Assembly (NCBI GenBank): GCA_963707955.1
Contig: OY970176.1
Coordinates: 1,216,001-1,280,000, forward strand
DNA from: Candidatus Bathyarchaeota archaeon
Lineage (GTDB): Archaea; Thermoproteota; Bathyarchaeia; Bathyarchaeales; Bathycorpusculaceae
Direction of reading: 5' to 3'
DNA length: 64,000 nucleotides
Under the pieces are notes generated by a model. The model was not told where the DNA came from and searched no databases. It saw only the letters and a program-made list of their open reading frames with translations. How positions within the stretch are numbered: position 1 is the first letter of the stretch; every line of letters starts with the position of its first letter. Positions 52,347 through 61,305 of this stretch are shown here, one piece after another. Made by a program: the position numbers and the translations under genes.

Positions 52347-52376
52347 AGTCATATACAGTATATAACTGGTTTATAA
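52347..52376 (-). promoter_or_regulatory. TATA box and 21-bp imperfect palindrome upstream of the transposase
   Basis: Minus-strand TTATAAA (52370-52376) followed by AGTTATATAC-T-GTATATGACT, 15 bp before the ATG. Confidence 0.55.
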
Positions 52377-52436
52377 GCTTTGCTCTTTTTGATTCTGTCG
52401 AGCCCGTGTCATAGACTGTCTTGAGCAAGTGAGGTG

Positions 52437-53591
52437 CTACACTACGTGTTGAAGTATTATTTCGGTATTTTGTTTCCTTTCAAGAAGCTGTGCTTTATCG
52501 TTTCTGTTCTTTAACGGATAGACACTGAAAGCTTCCTCAAAACTGTGGGCTTTTTTGAATTTCTTCACTAACCCCTTGTATGGTGGAAACGCTCCACCGT
52601 ACCCAAGTATTCGTCTTGCCTTGCCGATCAATTTCAAGTGGTAATCAGTCCATAATGGAGATATAAAACAGTTCTTCTCCAACGCATTCAGTGGTTCATA
52701 CCTCATTGGATATGACACACAGCCTAAATCTGCGATGTGCTTTATTCTTTCAAAAAATGTCGCGGGTATATCGCTATGATATTTTTTGTTGTAGAAATTG
52801 TATAGAGTATATATGAAGATTTTTCGTCTTCTTATACCGCTTTTCGAAAGAATATCTATAGCATTAGTGAGTGCTCTCTTCTCACCAATGTCGTCAAAAG
52901 CAGTTCGAATTAGGGGTGTTTTTAAATCAGCGATCATACGGGCTTTTTCATCATCAACCAGACGAGCATCAACGCCCTGATTGAAATCAACAGGCAATCC
53001 TATGTCCAGTAGTTCATTGAGTATTTTTTTCCAGTTTGACATTGCAAAGAAATTATTGTCCCATAAGATAATCCGCTTGTAATCTGGATAGATATAACGC
53101 TCAAGATCTTCCACAACTCCGTGGATCTTTCCTTCCAACTTTGGAACAATGCAATAAGGGCAACTTCGAATGCATCCTCTTGAAGTGAATAGGATTGTGC
53201 TGTCCCATTTTTCCCATTCCTTTACTTCTTTTAAGAGGTCATATGCTGGCAGGTAGCCATCTGCCTCCTTACAAAGACCGATATTAATATCTATGAATGG
53301 AAAAAAAGATCTAAGTCTACGCGACATTAACGAAGCATATATACCTCCAACCCGTATTTTTGCACCACTAAATTTGGTGTGATAGAATTTTATGGCTTCG
53401 TGGACTGGTTTCCAAGCATAAGTGAATAACGACGTGATTTCGATGCGATCTGGACTAAACTTCAAGTCTTCTTGAATATCACGCACGAGTTTTACTTGGT
53501 TCCCTCTGGAACGATGATATGAAGCAAGCTTCAATAAGCCTAATGGAGGGAATTTCGTGTAATATGCAGGTTCAACAAGCAGAACTTTCAT
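52437..53591 (-). CDS. radical SAM protein with N-terminal B12-binding-like domain
   Basis: PPLGLLKLASY, GGIYASL, TSRGCIRSCPYC (CxxxCxxC), WDNN and DFNQGVDARL motifs; ORF open from 53675. Confidence 0.88.
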   Translation of the reverse strand: MKVLLVEPAYYTKFPPLGLLKLASYHRSRGNQVKLVRDIQEDLKFSPDRIEITSLFTYAWKPVHEAIKFYHTKFSGAKIRVGGIYASLMSRRLRSFFPFIDINIGLCKEADGYLPAYDLLKEVKEWEKWDSTILFTSRGCIRSCPYCIVPKLEGKIHGVVEDLERYIYPDYKRIILWDNNFFAMSNWKKILNELLDIGLPVDFNQGVDARLVDDEKARMIADLKTPLIRTAFDDIGEKRALTNAIDILSKSGIRRRKIFIYTLYNFYNKKYHSDIPATFFERIKHIADLGCVSYPMRYEPLNALEKNCFISPLWTDYHLKLIGKARRILGYGGAFPPYKGLVKKFKKAHSFEEAFSVYPLKNRNDKAQLLERKQNTEIILQHVV

Positions 53592-53674
53592 AGGATAGGT
53601 AGTGCTTACGTTATTCTTAAAGTTTCCTATAAAATTGGAAAAAGGATCCAAATCCTTGAAACCGGAGGATCCCA

Positions 53675-55435
53675 TTAGGTCTTGAGCTTAGACTTCTCTA
53701 TTAATCGGAGAATGAGATCTTGTGTCATATGAAAGTCTGTTAAGATGTCGATTTTTTCTTCTTTAGTCATCAATTCATAGAATGCGAAAGAAGGTTTTCC
53801 TTTTTCATGCTTTGAGGTGTTGACAAACAACTCATGGAGTGCATCAATCATAACTCCGAAGAGACGATCGCGATATTCCTCTGACAAAAGAAGCTTTGGA
53901 TTATCACCCTTTTGTACTTCTTTCCAGCCATAAGCTTTTTTGGATAAGTCGCATATTGAATCGAGTGTTGTCAAGCCTGTTTTTCGTTGAAGAAGTTCTT
54001 TCACTGGGTTCATTGCATCAATATCAAATTCCGTCTTTCCCTTCTTTGTGGTCTTCTCAAGATGCTTCTTCAAGTCAGGATGGGATGTTTTGATAAATTC
54101 ATTGAATCTATCCGTTTTTTCTTTGATGATGTCTGTGGGCTGTTCCTTTATTTTGTCTTGAACCGTTTTTTCCAGTGTTTTCAGAAAGGTTCTATTGGTC
54201 GCGGATTTCTTATTGATGACTTCTTTCATTCCTTGAAGTGCTTGTTCCGTTGGAAAACTTCGCTTTCGCTGCAACTTCTTTTTCAGATGTACGATTCTCT
54301 CATGTGCTGGCTTCACCTCACCAATCTCTATTTGTTTCTTTATTTGCTCGATTGGCCTGGTCACGATATTGTCTGATTGGTATTGATTCATCAATTGCAG
54401 TTGACCCACAAATTCGCCCACTTGTTGGTAGAACGGTTCGATTATCTCATTGTTTGCTTCGAAATTATTGCGGGGTGCATTTTCCTTTAGTGCGTCAAGG
54501 ATTATGTGAATTTCCCCATATTGCCATTGATTATAGTTTCCTGGATGCAGGTTTGAGACAAGGTTTTCATCTCCAATGGTGAACCCTTTTTTCTTGAAAC
54601 AGATTCCCCTATTTGGCGGATCCAGTTTACGGTTGGTTTTGCTTGAAAGAACCCATCCATATGCAACAGTTTCATTTTTGACAATGAATTTCTTCTCTAT
54701 GATTTTGTTGAAGAAAACGTTGTCGTTGTCTGGTGGACGAAAGATTTGTTGTTTCTCAAAAAAGATAGGCGTTTCTTGGATTTTGACATCATTTGCTGAA
54801 AGTTTCTTGGCAATCTCTTTTCCTAAAGTGAATTTCCCTGTATCGAAAGGAGCAGGAACAGTAGTGGAAAGATATTCTCTTACGGCTTTTTCTGTGAAAA
54901 TTGAACGTTGGTTCGGCAAAATGTCCTCAAGCCGAATCGTTGTGAATTGTGAGTTTTCAATGGATTCATCGCCACCTGTTTCTAACTCTTCTATATCTCC
55001 TGTCACGTCAGTTAACACTCTCGCAGCTGAAATATTGAGATTGTATTGTTGACGCAATTTATCAGCATCAATTTGGACTCGAAGTTTTGGGTGATTTTGT
55101 TTCTTAGTAATTATCACGATTCTTCGACAAGCAGGAATCCCGCTCCAAATTCCAATTCCTCTCCAACCAATCGCGCCAGGAGGTTTCTCGCTTATGCCGA
55201 GATAAAGTGCTTCCTCAAGTTTCCCCTTGTCCATTCCACACCCATTATCTTCGATAACCAAAACAGTTTGATTCTCAAAATATACATCGATTCTATTTGC
55301 CCCTGAATCAATACAATTCTGAACATACTCGCGCAGACAATTCAGATTTCCATCATAAAGCCCCGCTGTAATTGCCTCAATGAGTTTGGCCCCAAAAGAT
55401 TCATCGGTAAATTTAACCAAGGAAAACTCCCTCAA
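53675..55435 (-). CDS. GHKL (Hsp90/MORC/MutL-like) ATPase
   Basis: REYVQNCID (N box), EDNGCGM (G1) and IGWRGIG (G2), then an S5-like region and coiled coil. Confidence 0.88.
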   Translation of the reverse strand: MREFSLVKFTDESFGAKLIEAITAGLYDGNLNCLREYVQNCIDSGANRIDVYFENQTVLVIEDNGCGMDKGKLEEALYLGISEKPPGAIGWRGIGIWSGIPACRRIVIITKKQNHPKLRVQIDADKLRQQYNLNISAARVLTDVTGDIEELETGGDESIENSQFTTIRLEDILPNQRSIFTEKAVREYLSTTVPAPFDTGKFTLGKEIAKKLSANDVKIQETPIFFEKQQIFRPPDNDNVFFNKIIEKKFIVKNETVAYGWVLSSKTNRKLDPPNRGICFKKKGFTIGDENLVSNLHPGNYNQWQYGEIHIILDALKENAPRNNFEANNEIIEPFYQQVGEFVGQLQLMNQYQSDNIVTRPIEQIKKQIEIGEVKPAHERIVHLKKKLQRKRSFPTEQALQGMKEVINKKSATNRTFLKTLEKTVQDKIKEQPTDIIKEKTDRFNEFIKTSHPDLKKHLEKTTKKGKTEFDIDAMNPVKELLQRKTGLTTLDSICDLSKKAYGWKEVQKGDNPKLLLSEEYRDRLFGVMIDALHELFVNTSKHEKGKPSFAFYELMTKEEKIDILTDFHMTQDLILRLIEKSKLKT

Positions 55436-55568
55436 TTAATCCTAATATGAACTGTTAGCCATTTAAATTCTTGTGTTATATCTTGCTTGAGTTTTTCCAT
55501 GACTTTTTGAGTTTAACGCCTTTTTCTTCAAACCAAAGCAACACATGGCTTTAGTACTTCACTATTCC

Positions 55569-55591
55569 ATCCCGATTAAGTGGACAGTATC
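55569..55591 (-). repeat. right terminal inverted repeat
   Basis: ATCCCGATTAAGTGGACAGTATC, reverse complement of 48999-49021. Confidence 0.92.
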
Positions 55592-55613
55592 AGGTCCGAG
55601 GGGACTTGAAACC
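55592..55613 (-). other. possible tRNA 3'-end remnant (att-like)
   Basis: Minus strand GGGTTTCAAGTCCCCTCGGACCT resembles a T-arm plus acceptor 3' strand, with one extra T; no 5' half. Confidence 0.35.
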
Positions 55614-55634
55614 CACGGGGTGAATTTGTACTGT

Positions 55635-55694
55635 TTCCCCTTTTTTCTGTCGCCGTGTACATGCTTTAGTGTTTATGGCTCTGTCCTTATCATA
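55635..55694 (+). repeat. 60-bp direct repeat, copy 1
   Basis: 50/60 identical to 59950-60009 by manual alignment. Confidence 0.8.
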
Positions 55695-56316
55695 TTGGAG
55701 AAGCCATGACAGGCCTAACCTCTCAACCCAACCTTCTTGAAGATTTGCAGCGATCTAGAACTGTGAGTTCAAGCAGCCCCATCACTCTGGAACTGAATAT
55801 GTACCGCTTCCTCAATCATTTTCCCATTTTTGTAATTTAACCGAAGCACGCAGATGCTTTTGTTCTCCAGTCTCGCTGGGTTCCGGTTGCCGGTTTCTCC
55901 CGGGCTACCAAAAGCGCAAGCGTGAATTTATACTGAATTTCTTCCTTTTTTGGAAGCCTAGCCTTGAAGTGAGCTGGCCCCTATGCTCGGCAGGGGCTAG
56001 AGCATCAAGAAGATCTTGAGTCTCTTGCGCACCATACGTATCAACACTCATTTCTAATCACCATAAAGCTGTAATAGTCGCAAGAAACGAAAATTAGAAC
56101 AAGCGCGCTTTTTCAGAGCTGGGGACTTTCATCCTCACGAGAATTGGGACTCCCTACGATGAACGTCGCAACAAGGATGCGAGCCTGAACAATCCAAAAA
56201 GTGAAGGAAATACTGCGATAGAAAGGCTTAAGTCTGACCGGAGAAAAGCAGAACTTGAGGCGAGGATCATTCGACATTTCCGCGCTGGTTACATTCTGAT
56301 TCTGTTAACGCCATTC

Positions 56317-56745
56317 TTGTCCTTCGCCGTTATACTGGAACTAGGGAACACGCTGACTTTTAGCCAAAATTATCTTCTGCCCATTATGCTGACCACAGAG
56401 TTGAACGCTTCGATAGTGGCACTCTTGATAATCGGGATAGCCCTGTACATGTATGGGTACCTGAGGCGAGAGGCAACAGATGCCGAAGCAAAAGTGACTT
56501 TGCTGATCGGCTTCTTTCTCATTCTGTGGGGAGTGTTCACTTACCTTATTGCTTCAGGGTTTTACAATGACGCAATTGTTGGGAGCATGAACCCTGGGGT
56601 GAGGGCACTCACAATGTGGGACTACATGGAATACTGGACGTGGGAGCTGAAAGGAATCTTAGGTATAGGCACAGGGCTTCTATTAGCCGTCACATCACTC
56701 ACGAAAATGTACGCAGCGCGAGCAAGAGACAAAAGCAGTAATTGA
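56317..56745 (+). CDS. hypothetical membrane protein
   Basis: Three to four hydrophobic segments. Confidence 0.6.
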   Translation: MSFAVILELGNTLTFSQNYLLPIMLTTELNASIVALLIIGIALYMYGYLRREATDAEAKVTLLIGFFLILWGVFTYLIASGFYNDAIVGSMNPGVRALTMWDYMEYWTWELKGILGIGTGLLLAVTSLTKMYAARARDKSSN

Positions 56746-57314
56746 GAAACGCATTTCGCCGTCTGTTGTTTTGGTGGCGCCTCCGAAGCTACGATTACAA
56801 AAGTTATAGAAGAAAGTTCTAAATTAAGCGTTCGTGAACTGAAAGTGATAAATGCAAAGGAGAGGTATAAAGTTGTCAAGTGATATGGAGATACGTAGAC
56901 CTGGGCATCCTTGCGTCGTTTTTGTGGGGGGTGGGGAGTCTTCATAATCAGCGCAACGATCTACAGCATGATAGGCTTAGATTACGCTTATTCTGTTCTC
57001 GAAAGCCGTCACCAGATCATCAGCAAGCATTCTTGCATGGGTTTTCGCAGTGCATGCATCTCAGTCGCGAGCGCTTTAAGGATTTTTGTTCTAATTTTTT
57101 GCGTTGCTGTGCGGCTGTTTGTGGTTAATTTTTCCTTTCTCCTATGGGCTTTGCTTGTTTGGTCGTGTGTTATGGCGCGGGTGCTTAACTAACTTATGAA
57201 ACAGATGCCAGTAGAAGAACGCCTAGAGCGCGCGCACACAAAATATATATAGAACTTTTTAAAAATTAACATTTTTCGATTGAAAAGTATAAAAAAACAA
57301 ATGAGGAAGGAAAA

Positions 57315-59921
57315 ATGCAAAAGAAAAGCTTTTTGCGCTTAGCAACAATTTGTTTTGCAGTAATGCTTTTAGTTGTCTTCATGCCCGCGCCTAAGGTTTC
57401 AGCTTCTGGAGCTTCTGGAGGCCCGACACTGTGGTGTAACCCCGAGCCCCTATTTGAACCCACGTACTTGGACTATTCGGCAGGGTATGCATTGCTCGCA
57501 GACCCTCCGACGTATTTGAATCTAGCTGCGTCGGCGTTACAGGTCACAGTGTCCTTCGCTGAGGCGGCTAACTTGGTAGGATACCTCGGAAAGGGGAATT
57601 ATTTGGGAGCTGGGATGACCACGACGAGCTTCGACCGCATCAATACAGGCGGGTGGTATGCTATAGATTACGGCTGGAGTTACGTCGTGTACATTAATGA
57701 CAGCGGCGGACCCTATATCAACATGGAGTGCTGGCAACTGGGGGAATACACTGGACAAAGCACGTGTTTGCTCACTGAAGGGTACTATAACCCTTCAATT
57801 TCCATCTCTGATGACATTACCTTAACTATGCAATGGGACGGTGCATCTGTTATCTTCTCCGTTCAGGACGGTTCTTTGAATGAAATCGTATATACTTTTA
57901 CGACAAGCTCACGTATGGCGCAATACTTTGAGGTGGGTTCTATTGGAAACGGCATTCCAGTGGTGGGCGGCCTGTTACCCACTGTCAAATACTTTCAGTT
58001 TGTGGGCGCTTGGAGCCCTTGCGCAGACCCGGGAACGAACCTCGATTGGACTACTTACCTATCTAATCCGCAGTTTATGCTTACGGGTGAAACTACGTGG
58101 ACGGAAGTCTGGATCGCATATACGACAACAGGTACCGATTCGGCACTCGACAACGGGTGGAGTTGGGGGTGGATACCAGGCTTTGACGATATCTATGTCA
58201 CGGGTGGTTATGATACGGATATGTTCGGAGTCATCAACGACCTCTATGTTGGATTCACGCACTATGCAAACCAGCAAATATATTCTGGCAATGGTGCTTG
58301 TTTGTGGGACATCCCGCCGGTCAACCTTCAGATTTCCATCGGCTCTGGTTCTGGTTCAATCAATCCTTCCGCAGGAAGCTATTCCTACAATTTTAGCACT
58401 TGCGTAACGGTCAGCGCGAATCCTGCCACCGGTTATTGGTTTAATCACTGGCTCCTTGTACTTAACGGCGAAGGCAACCTACCAACAGAGTCGTGGGAGT
58501 GTGCATCCCTTGACTGGTCGTTTTGTATGAACGCTTCCTATTCGCTGACCGCATACTTCACTCCTAATCCAACTCTGACTATTTCAGTTTCAGGTTCAGG
58601 TTCAACCACCCCGTCAGGAACGTTTTCCTGTTGCCACGGCTCTACCGTTACGGTTACGGAAATTCCATCGAGCGGTTATGCTTTTGCCTATTGGTTGCTC
58701 GACTCGACAACGTACTACTATACCACTTCGATTACCGTGACGATGGGGCACCATAGCCATTCGCTGACAGCATACTTCGTCGTTTATTATCCAACGTTGA
58801 ACATTTCAGCTTCGAGCGGCGGAACGACAATACCCATCCCAGGACAGTACTCCGAAAGCTACGGCAGTAGCGTGAACGTCACGGCTAACCCATATCCAAA
58901 TTACGCTTTTCAGTATTGGTTGCTTGATCAGGTAGTCAATATCAACAATCCAATAACTGTGGATATGACGGCTGACCATTCGCTGACCGCATACTTCAAC
59001 TACGTAGGTGGCGGAGGCGGGGGAGACGGGTGCCCGTACGTTTACGATTGGAACGGCTCGGCTTATGTGAAGGATAACAATATTCTGCCAGCGTCCGAAA
59101 CGGGCAACGGCACCGACACCAAAGACTACTGCCTGCTTCAACTGCAGCTCGTTCCAGTTTTCACCGCCAAAAAAGAGTCTGTGTACTCTCTGCAGATAGG
59201 CGAGTTTGAAAGCGAGATCGATTACATCGACCAGGTGAAACTCATGGCGGTCGACCATTCGCAGGGCACAAACGTGGCCGTGACGCCTGAAGGCCAGATC
59301 CTCACGTACACGAACCCGGCCAGCCCAATCTCGGCCATCGACAACAACGGCGTCAGCCAGCTGAGCGAGATAGCGACGATGAACGGCAACGTCAGCGACC
59401 CCTCCACGTACTTCCAGGGCAACACGGGAGACTGGCTGCTGCTGGACCTTGGCAAGGTCACAGGGCCATACGCCAACCTCATCCTAAGAGACGACATGAA
59501 TTGCGAGAAGATATGCTTGGACGTGCAGGTGCTCAACGCATCTGGCGACTGGCAGACGGTTGAAACGCTGCATCCCCGAGCCTACTGGAGCATTGAAGCC
59601 GCTAACATGGCTGCCTACTTGCCCAAAACGGGCGACTTCAAAGTCAGACTCTACTGGACGACGCCCCACAGGCTCGACTACGTGGGCCTAGACACCTCAC
59701 CGCCAGCTCCAGTGCAAGTGAACTCTGCACCCCCAACACTGGCCATCCACTCAACCATGGGAGACGTGACCCAAAAGCTGCTGTACGACGACGAACAGTG
59801 CGTGAAACTCGTCAACGGCCAGCACATAACACTCTGGTTCACACTGCCCAGCCAAGCGCAAGGCACAACAAGAAGCTTCATCCTATACACAGACGGCTAC
59901 TACTACACCATAACACCATAG
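57315..59921 (+). CDS. large secreted protein: unique N-terminal domain, three InlB-B/Flg_new-like repeats, Gly linker and CPYVYxWNG C-terminal domain
   Basis: Signal peptide; repeated G.T.P..G...VTA.P..GY.F.YWLL...HSLTAYF; GGGGGDGCPYVYDWNG. Confidence 0.8.
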   Translation: MQKKSFLRLATICFAVMLLVVFMPAPKVSASGASGGPTLWCNPEPLFEPTYLDYSAGYALLADPPTYLNLAASALQVTVSFAEAANLVGYLGKGNYLGAGMTTTSFDRINTGGWYAIDYGWSYVVYINDSGGPYINMECWQLGEYTGQSTCLLTEGYYNPSISISDDITLTMQWDGASVIFSVQDGSLNEIVYTFTTSSRMAQYFEVGSIGNGIPVVGGLLPTVKYFQFVGAWSPCADPGTNLDWTTYLSNPQFMLTGETTWTEVWIAYTTTGTDSALDNGWSWGWIPGFDDIYVTGGYDTDMFGVINDLYVGFTHYANQQIYSGNGACLWDIPPVNLQISIGSGSGSINPSAGSYSYNFSTCVTVSANPATGYWFNHWLLVLNGEGNLPTESWECASLDWSFCMNASYSLTAYFTPNPTLTISVSGSGSTTPSGTFSCCHGSTVTVTEIPSSGYAFAYWLLDSTTYYYTTSITVTMGHHSHSLTAYFVVYYPTLNISASSGGTTIPIPGQYSESYGSSVNVTANPYPNYAFQYWLLDQVVNINNPITVDMTADHSLTAYFNYVGGGGGGDGCPYVYDWNGSAYVKDNNILPASETGNGTDTKDYCLLQLQLVPVFTAKKESVYSLQIGEFESEIDYIDQVKLMAVDHSQGTNVAVTPEGQILTYTNPASPISAIDNNGVSQLSEIATMNGNVSDPSTYFQGNTGDWLLLDLGKVTGPYANLILRDDMNCEKICLDVQVLNASGDWQTVETLHPRAYWSIEAANMAAYLPKTGDFKVRLYWTTPHRLDYVGLDTSPPAPVQVNSAPPTLAIHSTMGDVTQKLLYDDEQCVKLVNGQHITLWFTLPSQAQGTTRSFILYTDGYYYTITP

Positions 59922-59949
59922 AAAGCAAAACCAAGAAACCCAAACCACA

Positions 59950-60009
59950 TTCCCCTTTTTTCTGTCCCAGTGTACATGCCTTAACGTCCACGGCTTTGTC
60001 CTTATCACA
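59950..60009 (+). repeat. 60-bp direct repeat, copy 2 (includes T-rich terminator-like tract)
   Basis: TTCCCCTTTTTTCTGTC...GTGTACATGC...TGTCCTTATCA shared with 55635-55694. Confidence 0.8.
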
Positions 60010-60296
60010 TAGCGGGCGCGGCTAGGTGTCGGTCGTGTCAAAAGATAGCAAATCTTGGGCTTCCATCAAATCCCGAACGGAGCAGTTTTTCCATAAACTG
60101 TAGAGGCTACACGCACTCAAATGCGCGCGCTATCTTTGGTCTAGACCAAACTTGTTTTTATAGCGCTTATGGAAGGGCGAAGGATGGATGTCATGCTGCG
60201 TGTTTCCGAGTGCTTAGTTGAGAGGGTTGTTGAGGGCATCATCGTGGATTGCATTGAGAAAACCCTTACAATCCTCTTAGAGTGTGTTGTTGAGTT

Positions 60297-60414
60297 GGGA
60301 AACAGTGGAAACATGGGAATTTTGGAAACAAAGCTTTGAACGGGGAGATCATGAGAAACAGGGCTTTTATTTCGGAGACAGTGTGGGAAACCTGTGGAAA
60401 CATGAGAAACATGG
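60297..60414 (+). repeat. cluster of seven G(G/A)AAAC-core short direct repeats
   Basis: gggaaacagtggaaacatggg...tggaaac...gagaaac...gggaaacctgtggaaacatgagaaacatgg. Confidence 0.55.
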
Positions 60415-60457
60415 CGCTGATCGGTGTGTCAGGGCTAGAATGCTCTGGGATGCTTCA

Positions 60458-61052
60458 CTAGTATCTTCGAAGCGGCTGGCCTTCTTTAACGTATGATCCG
60501 CAGAGGCTGCAATAGTATCCATTTTTGATTTTGAGGATGTACTTTCCCACGCACGTCGGACAGGGCGTATTTCTTAGCATTCTTACCTTGCTCCACGCTT
60601 CGTTGGCTCCTTTCATTGCTGTGTCCAACTTATTCCTCAAAACATTGTTATCAGACTCAAGCTTGTTGATTCGCTCCCACGAGTTCTCCTATTTCCTCTA
60701 TCTCTGCATCTGCCATCAGGATCTCCTTCTCAAGCTGTCTCTGCCTCAACTTCTTCTTCAGACCAATGATTTCTGGAGCATGCTCAATGTCGGTTTCTTC
60801 AGTTTCAGGGCTGACAACCACACGTTTCTTCCTCACTTTGGAGATCCATTTCAGGCTTTTCCTCTCATTGAAGTTATTCCTTATTTCGGCTTGAAGCTGC
60901 CTCAACGTTTTGTCGACATTTTCGCTGATGCATTCTTGGACCTCGTGCTCACTCAATGCTTTCCATACCTCGCGATAAGTATCCGCGCCGTTGGATGATT
61001 GATCGAGAAAGAGACTTTGCTGAGCGTGCTGAAAAAGGGAGGGCGGAAGCAA
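60458..61052 (-). CDS. hypothetical coiled-coil protein with C-terminal zinc ribbon; frameshift near 60677
   Basis: Removing one G joins ...GELV to ERINKLESDNNVLRNKL...CPTC...CSLC. Confidence 0.55.
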
Positions 61053-61305
61053 TGAGAAAACAACTGGCTTTTCGAGAACGGCAGGAGCCGTGAAGCCTAG
61101 AGTGAGTTTGAGAGATGGGTGGGCAGGAATGAACGTGTTTGTCGGTTCATATTTGGACCCAAATATCCATGGTACGTTGAAACCTAGGAGGGGAGGGATC
61201 TCTGGCCCGTCAGGAAGGGAAAGTGAGTCTATGGGTTTACGCTTCGAAGCTGGGGATGGAAGTTGGATCCTGAAGCGCGCTGCAGTGAGCGTTTTGGCAG
61301 GCGTT

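Larger units (their letters stand above)
48999..55591 (-). mobile_element. IS6-family transposon with passenger genes (~6.6 kb)
   Basis: Perfect 23-bp terminal inverted repeats, internal IS6 transposase, co-oriented cargo, visibly more AT-rich than the host. Confidence 0.88.

Noticed and set aside
52437-53591. Prokaryotic viperin
   Set aside because: It has an N-terminal B12-binding-like domain and class B-type motifs (TSRGC, DNN), not the viperin-type architecture.
55700-56051. Integrase or other recognisable gene beside the att-like site
   Set aside because: Only short broken minus-strand frames; no tyrosine or serine recombinase motifs seen.
60297-60414. CRISPR array (GAAAC resembles repeat ends)
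   Set aside because: Units are only 6-10 bp, irregularly spaced, with no 25-40-bp repeat/spacer periodicity and no cas genes.
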